DNA of 61,148 nucleotides, filler included, from Hausera hauseri (Eukaryota): NCBI GenBank assembly GCA_046269625.1. It is 12 parts of 12 records of this genome, joined end to end, with 100 filler letters (N's around TTAATTAATTAA, not from the genome) between each part and the next. Parts side by side here need not be neighbours in the genome. Positions count along the whole stretch, not along the records: positions 33,722 to 39,012 come from JBJURY010288502.1; positions 39,113 to 43,366 come from JBJURY010673884.1; positions 43,467 to 47,509 come from JBJURY010798868.1; positions 47,610 to 52,152 come from JBJURY010534454.1; 8 more parts are not named here. One strand, 5' to 3'. Shown piece by piece: positions 37,351 to 48,603 of this stretch (position 1 is its first letter; each line of letters starts with the position of its first letter). The notes under the pieces were generated by a model. It saw only the letters and a program-made list of their open reading frames with translations, ran no database searches and was not told where the DNA came from. The position numbers and the translations under genes were made by a program.

Positions 37351-40061
37351 TTTTTATTACCAAAAATCCTTTTTGACATCTTTCTTTTAGATCAATTTCC
37401 TCAACATCCATGGATTCCAATAATTGTGTTCTTCTGCGAAATAGTAACGGAGAAATTGTTGGATCCAATTGTTTGGTGTGAAAATAACTTGAATCGTATG
37501 GAAACGTGAAATAATACATTTTTCTGCGAACGTTTTACTGATTTCTAATTTATAATCAATAAAATAATCTACAAAAATATATTATAGGTATCAGCTAAGC
37601 ATTTACCTTACACACAATTAGGGATTTATAAACTTCCGTCTTGTACATGTTTTAATTTAGTGATTCATTTTATTTAACTAAACTTAATTAATTTTAGAAA
37701 CTTTCAATTAAGTTTTAAAATTCTGGCAAATTATTATGTAATACAGAATTATTTAATCGCACTGTGTGTATGCTTTGTGGTCACATTCATACTTTAAATT
37801 TTATTGAAGGTGAGTCATCCTAGAAGTTTTGTTACCTTCTATGTAAATCCACTCCTTTTGTTTTAAACCATTCTCCTAATCCATCTTATTGTTTTATAAT
37901 CAAACTTTTATATTTTTCTGGTCACTTTAAATAATTTTATTTGTTTTAATATTACTTTTATTGAAACTTAGCCTTTTAGCAATATTACATAGTTCGAAGG
38001 CAGTAAAACGGTACTTAAGACAGATCGTTAGCAAATAACCATCAATAATGACGGAAATCAATACATTGAGACGATTAATATAAAATCAATAAAACAATTG
38101 TATATCATTTTTTCGACTTCAATAATTCTTGTCGCTGAACTTTATTGCTATGGATTGTAGTTTATTTCTATTGTTCTAACTCACTTTACTTTGTAACACG
38201 TCGTGGTCATATTTGATTAGTAAATTTTGTTTCAGTTCAATAACTATAGAATTCTAGTTATTTTTCTAATTAAATTTTGAACATTACATGTGATCAGTGA
38301 CTCTGATTCAATACCCAAACCAACAACCTCCATCAAAAATTAATGAACAAATCAATAAATTATTATTACTAAAGTTTCCACTTTCTGGTCGTTTATAAAC
38401 ATTTGAATTTTTACAATGTTAACAATATTCTTTTCGGTTGGAATTTCCAAAATATATTGTATATAACCAGAATGACAGTGAAATATGTTTAGAAACCTTG
38501 AAGAAGTAACCCCATAATCGTACGCTGAAATCAGTACTACTCATGCTAAAGCCACGGGATAATAACTTATAGTGCAGCAGGTTCAGTCATAAATCAAGAT
38601 TTTAGGCCATTTAAGCTTCATGCGAATCTTCAAGCCGTTGAGGTTCTTGAATGATCACGGCCCTTTCATCGCTGCCCGTTGGCTGTGACTTGTCTTGATT
38701 CAAGTGTTCAGAAGAGTTTGGAATGTAAAGAACAGGAACATATACTCATACTTATCGACGCTGATTTTTTCGATTATCAGTGATTACTTTGGATCCCGTC
38801 TTTTGAATTCAACTGAATCAGTTTTTTCAAAATCAGAACATAAGTCGAAATAATAAAGAATTAATTAAAACATTTCAATCACAAAACACACTGAAAATTT
38901 CTCAAGTTGAACTGTTTATTTATATTGAACTCATTAATTTAAATAAAAATGTGAATAATACAGACATTTTACTTCTTAGAACAAATCTGATGATGAGATT
39001 TATATTAACACANNNNNNNNNNNNNNNNNNNNNNNNNNNNNNNNNNNNNNNNNNNNTTAATTAATTAANNNNNNNNNNNNNNNNNNNNNNNNNNNNNNNN
39101 NNNNNNNNNNNNGTGTGATTACATCTATGTACCGCTTTGCGCATGTGTAGCACATGTACAAGTGTGCTTTATTCAATGATAATGGTTTTCCGATAAAATC
39201 TTTAAAGTTGATTTTACCACACAATGAAGGTGAAATCAAAAATGTGAAAGCGTAGACAGATAGGAACTCACATGTGACGAATCTGAATATGTAATCAGAT
39301 ATTTAAAATTCGTTTAGCAACCGAATATATCGAATATGTTCGAATAATTTTTAAGTGCAACAAAAATCGAAAAATCTAAAAGCATAGACGGATAGAAACC
39401 CATATATGCGGAATCGGAATATAACATCAGATGATCGAAAATGTGATAAAATAAAAAAGCCGATTTTTTGTTCGAAAATCGATAATCTGATTTTACCGTC
39501 AGATTCAGCTTGTCCCAAAACCTTTATGGTCCAAATATAGGGTCCATATAGTCTTTGAGGACAAAGATATAGCAAGAAAAGTGAAATTCGAACTCAAAAC
39601 TTCATAGAATCCACCATATAAAAACATAATTAAAAGTACTTTAATAAAACAAAACCACAGTTCTAAATAGCCACCATTTACCTCACCCAATGCATATATA
39701 ACAAACAACATACCATTTGTTTTAACGCATCAAATTTAAAAAAGTTCACTGAAAACAATATAAAAATACAAACTGCACACCTTTGACGTGCTATATAAAT
39801 CGGTGCAGTAAAGCAAAACACAGAAGAACTCAGCAAACCTTCCAGTATGAAAATGCTTATATAATAGAATTTGTTTCAATTAAATAATACCTAGGGACCT
39901 ATCTGTTGTGTGACAGCCGCAAATTCAAAATCAATTTCGAAATTGTAAGCTTTTATTTGTATGATGCTGCATTAAAGTTATTTTTAGACTTGCAATCACT
40001 ATAAATAAGAATTAAAAATGACCAATTTACGTCAAAAATGGTACCTTAATTGTGTTTGTAG

Positions 40062-40748
40062 ACCTGTAACCTGTACAAAATTTGCATGGCACAGAATCAT
40101 GCAAACGGAAAAATCTGCCACAATTCAATGCAGTCCTATTATGGATATATGTTCAACAAGATACTGTTTTTCATATGCCCAACGTGTGAAGATGTTTGCA
40201 CCACCAGTTACATGGACTTCTACGACGTCCATAAACAGCATTTGGATACAAAGGCAAAAACGGAAATTGTTAAAATGAAGAAACCGATAATGCAGGCTGC
40301 AGTAACAAAAAAATGCGATATGTATGCCTATTGCGTATCAACAGAGCACAAACCGGATACATGTCACCCAGCAATGCAAAGTTATTACGGGTACGTGGTC
40401 AATCGCATACGGTTTTTCATATGTTCAGGATGTGAGAAGGTATGTAGCGGTGCTGACTACATAGCTTTTTATGAAGCACATAAAGCTCATTTATGTGACT
40501 TCTGGACAAAATCCAAAAAGGCCATTTTCAATGAGAAGAAAGATGCCGCACAACCAGTCCAGCAGGTGCAGCCAGTTCAGGTTTCAACATCAATGCAGCG
40601 CAATGGATCCCCGGCGCAGCATAATGGATTTACGGCGCAGCACAATGGATTCATGGCGCAGCGTGGTGGATCAAATCGAGGCGCAGCAGCAACAACTAAT
40701 GGCCCGCCAAAAGTCAGAGACAGCGAGCAGTTGATGCCACTGTTTTGA
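40062..40748 (+). CDS. Protein with two Cys/His-rich repeats plus a Q/N/G low-complexity linker, directly upstream of pPolB
   Basis: CX5C..H..CH.[SA]MQSYYGY..N[KR]I.FFICXXC..VC..Y..FY..HK.HL twice; 21-bp AQHNGF repeats near 40600-40670. Confidence 0.7.
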   Translation, partial: TCNLYKICMAQNHANGKICHNSMQSYYGYMFNKILFFICPTCEDVCTTSYMDFYDVHKQHLDTKAKTEIVKMKKPIMQAAVTKKCDMYAYCVSTEHKPDTCHPAMQSYYGYVVNRIRFFICSGCEKVCSGADYIAFYEAHKAHLCDFWTKSKKAIFNEKKDAAQPVQQVQPVQVSTSMQRNGSPAQHNGFTAQHNGFMAQRGGSNRGAAATTNGPPKVRDSEQLMPLF

Positions 40749-43366
40749 AGAGGAAAGTCCGGAGATGTAACATCCCAGCAACGGGGCAAACAACACGTCA
40801 TGAGTTTCTGGAGTATTCAAAGAAAAAAACCATTGGGATTCTGCAGGAGAACTTGGCGGAGATGCACACCCTTAAAGTTAATATGAAACTGGAGCTGACG
40901 TTTACCAATACCGATGGCGAGGAAGCAAATAGAGCCTTCAAAACGAAGAATAGACCCGTACTGCAAGCCACTAATATTTGGGACTGGATCAGTGAAGAAC
41001 ACATGAAGCTGATCCATGAAGCGGAAGAAACCCAAAACAGCAGCTTGACCCTGGCAACAACCAAAGTACTACTTGTGTTTGTGCATTTGTATTCCGCAAT
41101 GAGAGGCAGCTCCTACATTCCGCTTCCAGAATGGATTGCGCGGAAAGAAGCATGCGTCAATTTGGATAACAGTGACATGTGCGTCAAGTACACGATTCTC
41201 GGAAAATTCCTCAGAGATCAAAAGAATGCTTTCCGTGTAGCACCATGTATCAACATCCAGCACAATTACGACTTCGAATGCATCAAATATACACATCCTT
41301 AGATGATACCAAAAAGGTTTGCTCGGATTAATCAAATGTCCATCAACATCTTTAGAGTGGATGATACAGATAAAATATTTCCTCTACAGGTGTGCAAAAC
41401 GGAGATGAATGACCATAGTAACTTGCTGCTACTAGACGATGGTGAAACGAAACATTTTATTTGGATAAAACATTTCGAGAGATTAATCAGAAGCCAAGTA
41501 ACAAATCACCATGGAAGAATCGAGATATGCAAGCGATGCCTGTCTCATTTCAGTGACGAATATGCATTGGAGAAGCTGGATGAGCACAAACTCTATTGCA
41601 ATAATAACTTGCATGAGGGTGGAGTTCCCCAAGGAGGATTACCTCGAATTGAAGGAATTCGAGAAGCAGCTCAAGGAGCCAGTTGTTATATACTGCGACT
41701 TTGAAGCTATCCTCAAACCAGTCCAGAGTTGCAGCCCAAATCCTCAGAGGAGCAGCACGACAGCATATCAGTATCATTAGCTGTCATCCTATTGTATGTA
41801 TGTAAAAGGGCTGGACAAGGAGCCATTCTTGTATAGGGGTCCAGATGCAGCACTCCATTTCATAAAGCGGCTAGATGTGGAACACAAATTAGAAAATCAA
41901 AGGCAGCAGCGCAAGAATGATGTGGTGATGAGAACCAAAGAAAAACGTGAATGGCGCCAGACAACAACATGCTACATGTGCAAACAGATATTCACTATAG
42001 AAAATCACAAAGTTCGGGATCATTGCCATACGACTGGCATGTATCGCTGCGCAGCATGCAACAGTTGCAATTTACGCTGCAGGGCAGTTTCATATGTACC
42101 TGTCATATTCCACAACCTCAGTGGTTATGACTTCCATTTCATAGTCGGTCTACTTGGCAATATACCTGGGAATATCGATGTAATACCCAACAGTGTAGAC
42201 AAATATATCAGCTTTACAAAGCATGTGGAACGTACCAAGCTGCGATTCATCGACAGCTTCCGCTTCATGTCGTCATCGCTGGACAGTCTCATCAAGAACC
42301 TTCCATCGGACGAACTCAAGGAGACGAAGATGTTTTTTCATACAACCTTTGACCTTGTCAAGAGGGAGTGTTCTCATATGACTACATAACGTCATGGGAA
42401 TCACTGGATGAAGAAGCATTACTTCCTAAGGATGGCTTTTATAATCAGTTAACAGATAGCGATATCAGTGATACTGACTACCAGCATGCGCTGAATGTCT
42501 GGGAGGCATTCCAATTCACGACCATCGGGGAATACAGCGATGTATACCTCAGGACAGATGTTCTCCTGCTCGCAGACGTTCGAGAGTTTCCGGGATGTCA
42601 CGCTATAGAACTACAAGCTGGACCCGGTCCATGTCTTCACTGCCCCAAGCATTAGTTGGGCAGCAATGCTGAAATATTCAAAAATAAGACTCCAGGTCTT
42701 GAAGGGCTATAACATGATCCTCATGCTGGAGCGAGGCATCAGAAGTGGAATCTGCCAGGCCACTCACCAGTATTGAGAGGCCAATAATAAGTACATGGTA
42801 GACTATGATGCATCCAAGGAATCATCATATACAGCACACCTGGATGCAAACAATCTCTACAGATGGGCAATGAGTGCCACATTATACTACAATAATTTTC
42901 AATGGGTGAAGCAGCCGGAGGAAATGGATATCAAGTCAATGGATCCCAATGGAGATACGGGCTACATCCTCGAGGTGGATGTGGAATACCCTCATAGTAT
43001 CCACAATAAGATTGAGCAGTTGACGTTTCTGCCAGAGACCGGTATTCCACCAAATGGGAAGCACAAGAAGCTGCTATGCCACCTCGGAAACCGGAAGAGG
43101 TATGTATCCCATTACATCAACCTCCAACAGGCTCTGAAGAATGGACTCCGAGTCACGAAGATCCATCGTGCCCTCTCCTCCAGCCAGTCCAAATGGTTCG
43201 AGCCATACATTGCATTCAACACGCAGCTGAGGGCCAATGCCAAGAAAGAGTTTGAGAAAGAACCGTTCAAACTGTATAACAACTCAGTCTTTGGCAAATA
43301 ACCGGAACCGGATCAACACAGAGTTTGTATACAATTCAAAGAAGGCGAAGAAGTTGATTGCCAAGC
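40745..43366 (+). pseudogene. Degenerate Polinton pPolB with endonuclease VII-like insert (3' truncated by contig end)
   Basis: RGSSYIPLP, IYCDFEAIL, VRDHCHTTG..AACNSCNL, FHNLSGYD, RFIDSFRFM, DVLLLADV, LDANNLYRWAMS, KLYNNSVFGK. Confidence 0.93.
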
Positions 43367-43466
43367 NNNNNNNNNNNNNNNNNNNNNNNNNNNNNNNNNN
43401 NNNNNNNNNNTTAATTAATTAANNNNNNNNNNNNNNNNNNNNNNNNNNNNNNNNNNNNNNNNNNNN

Positions 43467-46465
43467 GTCGATAGTTGGGATGTCTTCTATTATCATTCCA
43501 GGGTATCACTTGTATACCTATTAAGCATTCTGGGGAAATTTGCCTGTGTGTACTCCAAATGATACTTTTCTGTCCTTTTCTTGAATATGTTATATGTGAT
43601 ATTGTAAACTTTTAACTAACATATCTTCTTTTATAACCGTTGCGTGTCTTATTTTAACCTCTTCAATTTCCTGATTAGTCATCTGTCCTAGCACTCCAGG
43701 AAATAATAGGTTAATGATTAATAGTAGACCACTTCTTAACTGACGAGGTCTACTTGTTGAATCTACTTTGATTACTTTCTCACTAATGCTTTGTACTAAC
43801 TCTTTTTCGCATTTTCTTAACTCACTCTCTTTGGCCGCGGGCTTACATCTATTGACATGGACTTTCACTGAAGTATTATTTTTTTTCAAACAAATATTCG
43901 GTAAGTCCACTTTTTCCACTTCGTATGGCCCTTTATATGGCCTATCCAACTTAGATGTCTTACCCTTTTTAATTGTTGGCGAGTGTAACATCACTTGGTC
44001 ACCTATCATAATTTTAGGCTGTTTAGTCTTCTTATCACAGTACTTTTTATATTTTAATTTATAATGTTTTTGATTATCTCCAATTGCTTTATATGCTAAT
44101 TGGAGGCGTTCCTGCATTAACTGTTTGTATTCTTCTACCTCAATTAAATGTTAGATGGGTTTCAGGTTAAAATCCCAATCTATGGGTAGTCTCGCATCCC
44201 TTAAATACATCAAGTAGAAGGGTGTTTGTTTAGCAGTCTCATGGACCGATGTCCGATTTACAAAAACACGCGCATTGATATATTCATCCCAATCGTCTTG
44301 TCTAGTATTTACCACCGTTTTCAATTTCCCTTTAAAGTCTCCAATATACCTTTCAACCATCCCATTATTCTCTGGATGTCCAGGTGTGGATCGTAGTTTC
44401 AATATCTTTACAATATCGTATATGGATTGCATTACGGTTCCGGTTAAATTTGATGCTTGGACAATTAAGAGAATTCTTGGGGCTCCATAATTAAATACTA
44501 TGTTCTCTACAAATTTTTTAGCCATTGTATCTGCTTTCATATCCGCCATTGGTAGGGCAAAAACCCATCGAGTAAAATAGTCAATGAAGGCTAAAATATA
44601 TCTATTTCCATTCCGTGTTATCGGTAATGGTTCTGTTATAGCCATTGCAGTAAACGCAAATGGTGCTGGGGCTTTTTCTTTCTTTGAGCAGTGATTTGCA
44701 TTTTGATCCCGTGTTTTTCCGGGTAGTACATCGTTTACAACTGTCGCACCATTCCTGTACATCTTTCGTTATCGTTAGCCATAAATATTTTTGTTTCAAT
44801 TTATTAAGCGTCTTACTTGCTGATTGGTGTCCACCAAGTAATCCGTCATGGTACTGGGTTAAAAGAACTGCTTTGTTTTTCTTTGGAATTACTAAGTTGG
44901 ATCCGTTTTGATGAATAAAGTATAAAAATCTTTCTTTTTCTTCGCAAACTTCACTAAATCCGGTCAGGTGGCGGGCTAATTCTTTGTTAGTCGGCACTGT
45001 TTTGTTTTCTATGTACTTCATGATGGCTCTTATTTCCATGTCTTCATTTTGATTTGCCTTTATTTTCTGTACAGATCCGTCCATGCTCCATACTGCTGCC
45101 ACCACTGTTTTCTCTGTTTTTGGTCTGTTGGGCATTCTGGATAAGTAATCAGCATTTGCGTTGCGCGATACAGGTTTATATTTGAAATTCAGGGTATAAG
45201 GCTGTAACTTTAGAGTCCATCGTAGCTATCCACTATTTATATTCTCATGCTGCTTTAGCCATTGAAGCGGTCTGTGGTCTGTATATATTAAGATATGTTT
45301 GTTTTCTTTAATATATGGCGAAAATACCTCCAAGGCAAATATTAATGCCAATAACTCTTTCTCAATCACAGCGTATTTCTTCTGATGTTTACTGAGTTTT
45401 TTTAAAGTATAGGCCACTAGGTGTTCTTTTCATCTTCGCCCTTTTGGGACAACACTGCTCCTACTTTGTAATCGCTTGCATCAGCTGCCAAGATAAATGG
45501 CTTAGTCATGTCAGGATACATCAATATTGGAGTTGTTAACAGTCTATCTTTAAATATTCAAAAGATTTTTGACATTCACTTGTCCATAGTACCTTTTTTA
45601 GATCCTCTCTTAATAGTTCATATAAAGGTTTCGCAATCCGACTGAAATCCTTTATAAATCGTAGGTAATAATTTGCCAGACCTAAGAACCTACGTAATTC
45701 CCTAACTGTACTTGGTTTTGGAAAGTCTCTTATCTTTGCTAATAGTTTAGCTTGAGGTTTAACGTCGTGTCTATCCACTCGGTGTCCAAGAAAATCTACT
45801 TCCGCTTGAGAAATGAACATTTCTGGGGATTTATCTTCAAACCCATTATCTCGCACCTATTAAATAAATCTTGTAGATCCTTTAAATGTTGTAAGAAATT
45901 TGGTGATGCTATTATTACATCGCCAGTATATACCATGACATGGGGTGCGTCTAGCAGTAGAAGTTCTGTTCCTCTCTGAAAATTTGGTGGCCCATTCTTT
46001 ATGCCAAATGGCATCTTGTTAAATTCCCATAACCCTTCTCCGATTGAAAACGCCGTCTTTGGTTTATCTTCTTCTTTCACCTCTACTTGCCAACAACCCT
46101 TTTACAAATGGATCGTTGAGAATATTGTCGATCCATGTAATTTATCTAGTAATTCGTCGATTCTTGGTACCGAGTATGTGTGTGTCTCCGTTATTTCGTT
46201 TAATGCTCTATAGTCTATGCAAAATCTCATGGTTCCATCCTTCTTTTTAATTATTACCACTGGAGCTGTCCATGGGGAACAACTCGGTCGAATTAATTTA
46301 TTTTCTCTCATTTCTTTTATTATTTTTCGTGCTTCCTGTTTTTTATCGTATGCTAACCAATATGATCTTTTCTTGATTGGTTTACCTTGTCCATCCTTTA
46401 ACTTAATGGTATGTTGTATTATATTCATTGTGCCTAAATCATAATCATTTTGTGCAAATCGGTTG
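43467..46465 (-). mobile_element. Degenerate Ty3/Gypsy pol (RT-RNaseH-integrase) with in-frame signal-peptide-like extension
   Basis: [56 protein letters not shown]; then RQLRS-GLLLIINLLFPGVLG. Confidence 0.92.
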
Positions 46466-46739
46466 TCATTTTTTCCAGCAGTTCGATTGGCAGGGGTTCA
46501 CCAATGGTTGCTCGTTATATAATTGTCCATGATATTCATCTACGGGATCTAGATGAGGTAAGTCCGTTACCAACCTTTGTTTGTACTTCTGTTTTCGTGA
46601 CTTCAGTGCTAGTTGCTTAATGCTAGTTATTCGATTGAGCTCTGATTTTACTTTTACCTGATCATATTTGATATTGTACGGAGAATCTCTTCCATCTTTC
46701 TTCTGTAGTATCTTTTTTTTCATTGAGCGTCATGATTCG

Positions 46740-47509
46740 TCAAAAAGCAACTTGCTACTGCAGGTATTACTGCTATCAGAATTTTCCATGAGCATCCGAC
46801 TGCTGCATGTATACCATGTGCTTACCAAGAGCACTGAATATTATCCGTAAAGCGCTAATAATAAAATATATTGCTAGAAAACCGGAAGCAGCTTGGCCGA
46901 AGTATAAAATCTTCCCCACATCTTCTCCATAACGCTTCTTGTTATTTTCTTTAGTTAATCCTTACCCATTTTCTTACCCACATTACTCTCCTGGTTAGTT
47001 CTGTTATAACACTTTTTCTCTGTTGGGGAAACAACAACATTTGTCGATAATCTTCTAGATTTTGTTGCGTATAAATTCCGCCTTGCGATATTCCTGTTAA
47101 TGGTTCAAACTTCTGATTCCTCTGTAAATTAATCAAGCTTAACATCTCTGGTTTAGATATCGGTTCTCTTTTTGGCATTCTAATCTATTTATCATTGTCG
47201 ATTTTAAACATTGGCGACATATTGAAGCTACAATTGTATAACAGAGTAGGCTTTGTATTAACGTGTAACAGTATTCTTGTCACCGGCATCACGTACCTTG
47301 GTTCTGCGTGATAAACTATAGGAAATTCCGTTGTGCATTTTTCCGTTGATTTAAATGATACTTCACCTTTTTGAACTCTATAGTTATCAACACCTCGCCA
47401 ATTACTCTTCCAATAATTTCATCGCCAAAGGGCATCACTGGCGCTACCATATCTGGATTGGTTATCATCAATGCCATTTTATTTCGTATTATTTCGTAAT
47501 TTAGCTTAC
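46740..47509 (-). pseudogene. Chuvirus-like envelope glycoprotein, C-terminal part
   Basis: Manual translation KLNYEIIRNKMAL..PDMVA..GEVLI..EVSFKSTEKCTTEFPIVY..PVTRIL..C..SPMFKI..GGIYTQQNLEDYRQMLLFPQQRKSVI..MEKMWG..FGQAASGFLAIYFII follows the motif order I recall for chuviral G. Confidence 0.75.
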
Positions 47510-47609
47510 NNNNNNNNNNNNNNNNNNNNNNNNNNNNNNNNNNNNNNNNNNNNTTAATTAATTAANNNNNNNNNNNNNNNNNNNNNNNNNNNNNNNNNNN
47601 NNNNNNNNN

Positions 47610-47770
47610 TTTTGGTAAATCCTGTATTCCTAGTCCAACATGATATTTTTAAGAACTTCCTGTACAGTTCTTCTTGACACTTTCAACTTTCGGGCAACTG
47701 GCGCTTGCAAATGTGGTGTCCTTCCTAACTCCACAATCTTCAGTCGTTTATGTAGCGGAACTTTACCCAT
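47610..47770 (-). mobile_element. Tc1-like transposase N-terminal HTH remnant
   Basis: MGKVPLHKRLKIVEL..VARKLKVSRRTVQEVLK. Confidence 0.5.
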
Positions 47771-48603
47771 ATGCTGCAGATTAAACGACATTAAACAACT
47801 TTTGCAACATTTACATAGCTAGAAATACGTGAAAGCACGGTAGTATACAATATAATTACTTACCGAACAATTATTTCATAGCAGTTTCCAATACTAACCA
47901 TGACTATGCTGCCAGCCGTCTCATGCTCAATATGTATGCACGGCTATATTTACCTGCTTGCACATGACTTTTATCTCTCTTTGCTTATTATAATGCAATA
48001 CACACTTGTCCTTCTGTGTGCGCGTAGACGAAGGTTACCCTAGTGCTTGCACAGTGTCACATTAATTATACTACCTTTCAATGTATCCCTTTAAACATGA
48101 TCAATTTTCATGCTGTACCTGCTCAAACATATGCACGGGTATGGATTTCTACCAAAAACAAGTCGTCCTTGACTGTGGTGGTTCTTAAGGAATGGATCAT
48201 ACTTTATTCTATGGACTTTATTGTTTTCGTTTTTATTCAGTATTCTCCAGACAGTACGCACTGATTCATGCATTGATCATGCTTAATTTTATTATAAGAC
48301 GTTCAATGGAACACTGCTTACTGTCGCACAAATAGTCAGAGAGACGTGCTCATTGTAATCCTGACTAATAATATGAAAAGGCATTTGCCAACAAACTCAA
48401 AATAACGAAATTAAAGCTTTTAAATGCGACAACTTTTGCCCTTCTTCAAGTATCTCTATCACATTTAGGAATTTTGAACTCTGACACAATTTTCGTTCCT
48501 TTCATCGAGCTAATATTCTTTAAACATTCTATTTATAATGTTTTCTTGATTTTCTGTAAAAATAAATATTATTCATTTAATATTCGTTCTATAGTCAGTG
48601 GTG

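Noticed and set aside
37400-39800. AT-rich stretches scanned for RNA genes or structured repeats
   Set aside because: No tRNA, rRNA, CRISPR or convincing structure seen by eye
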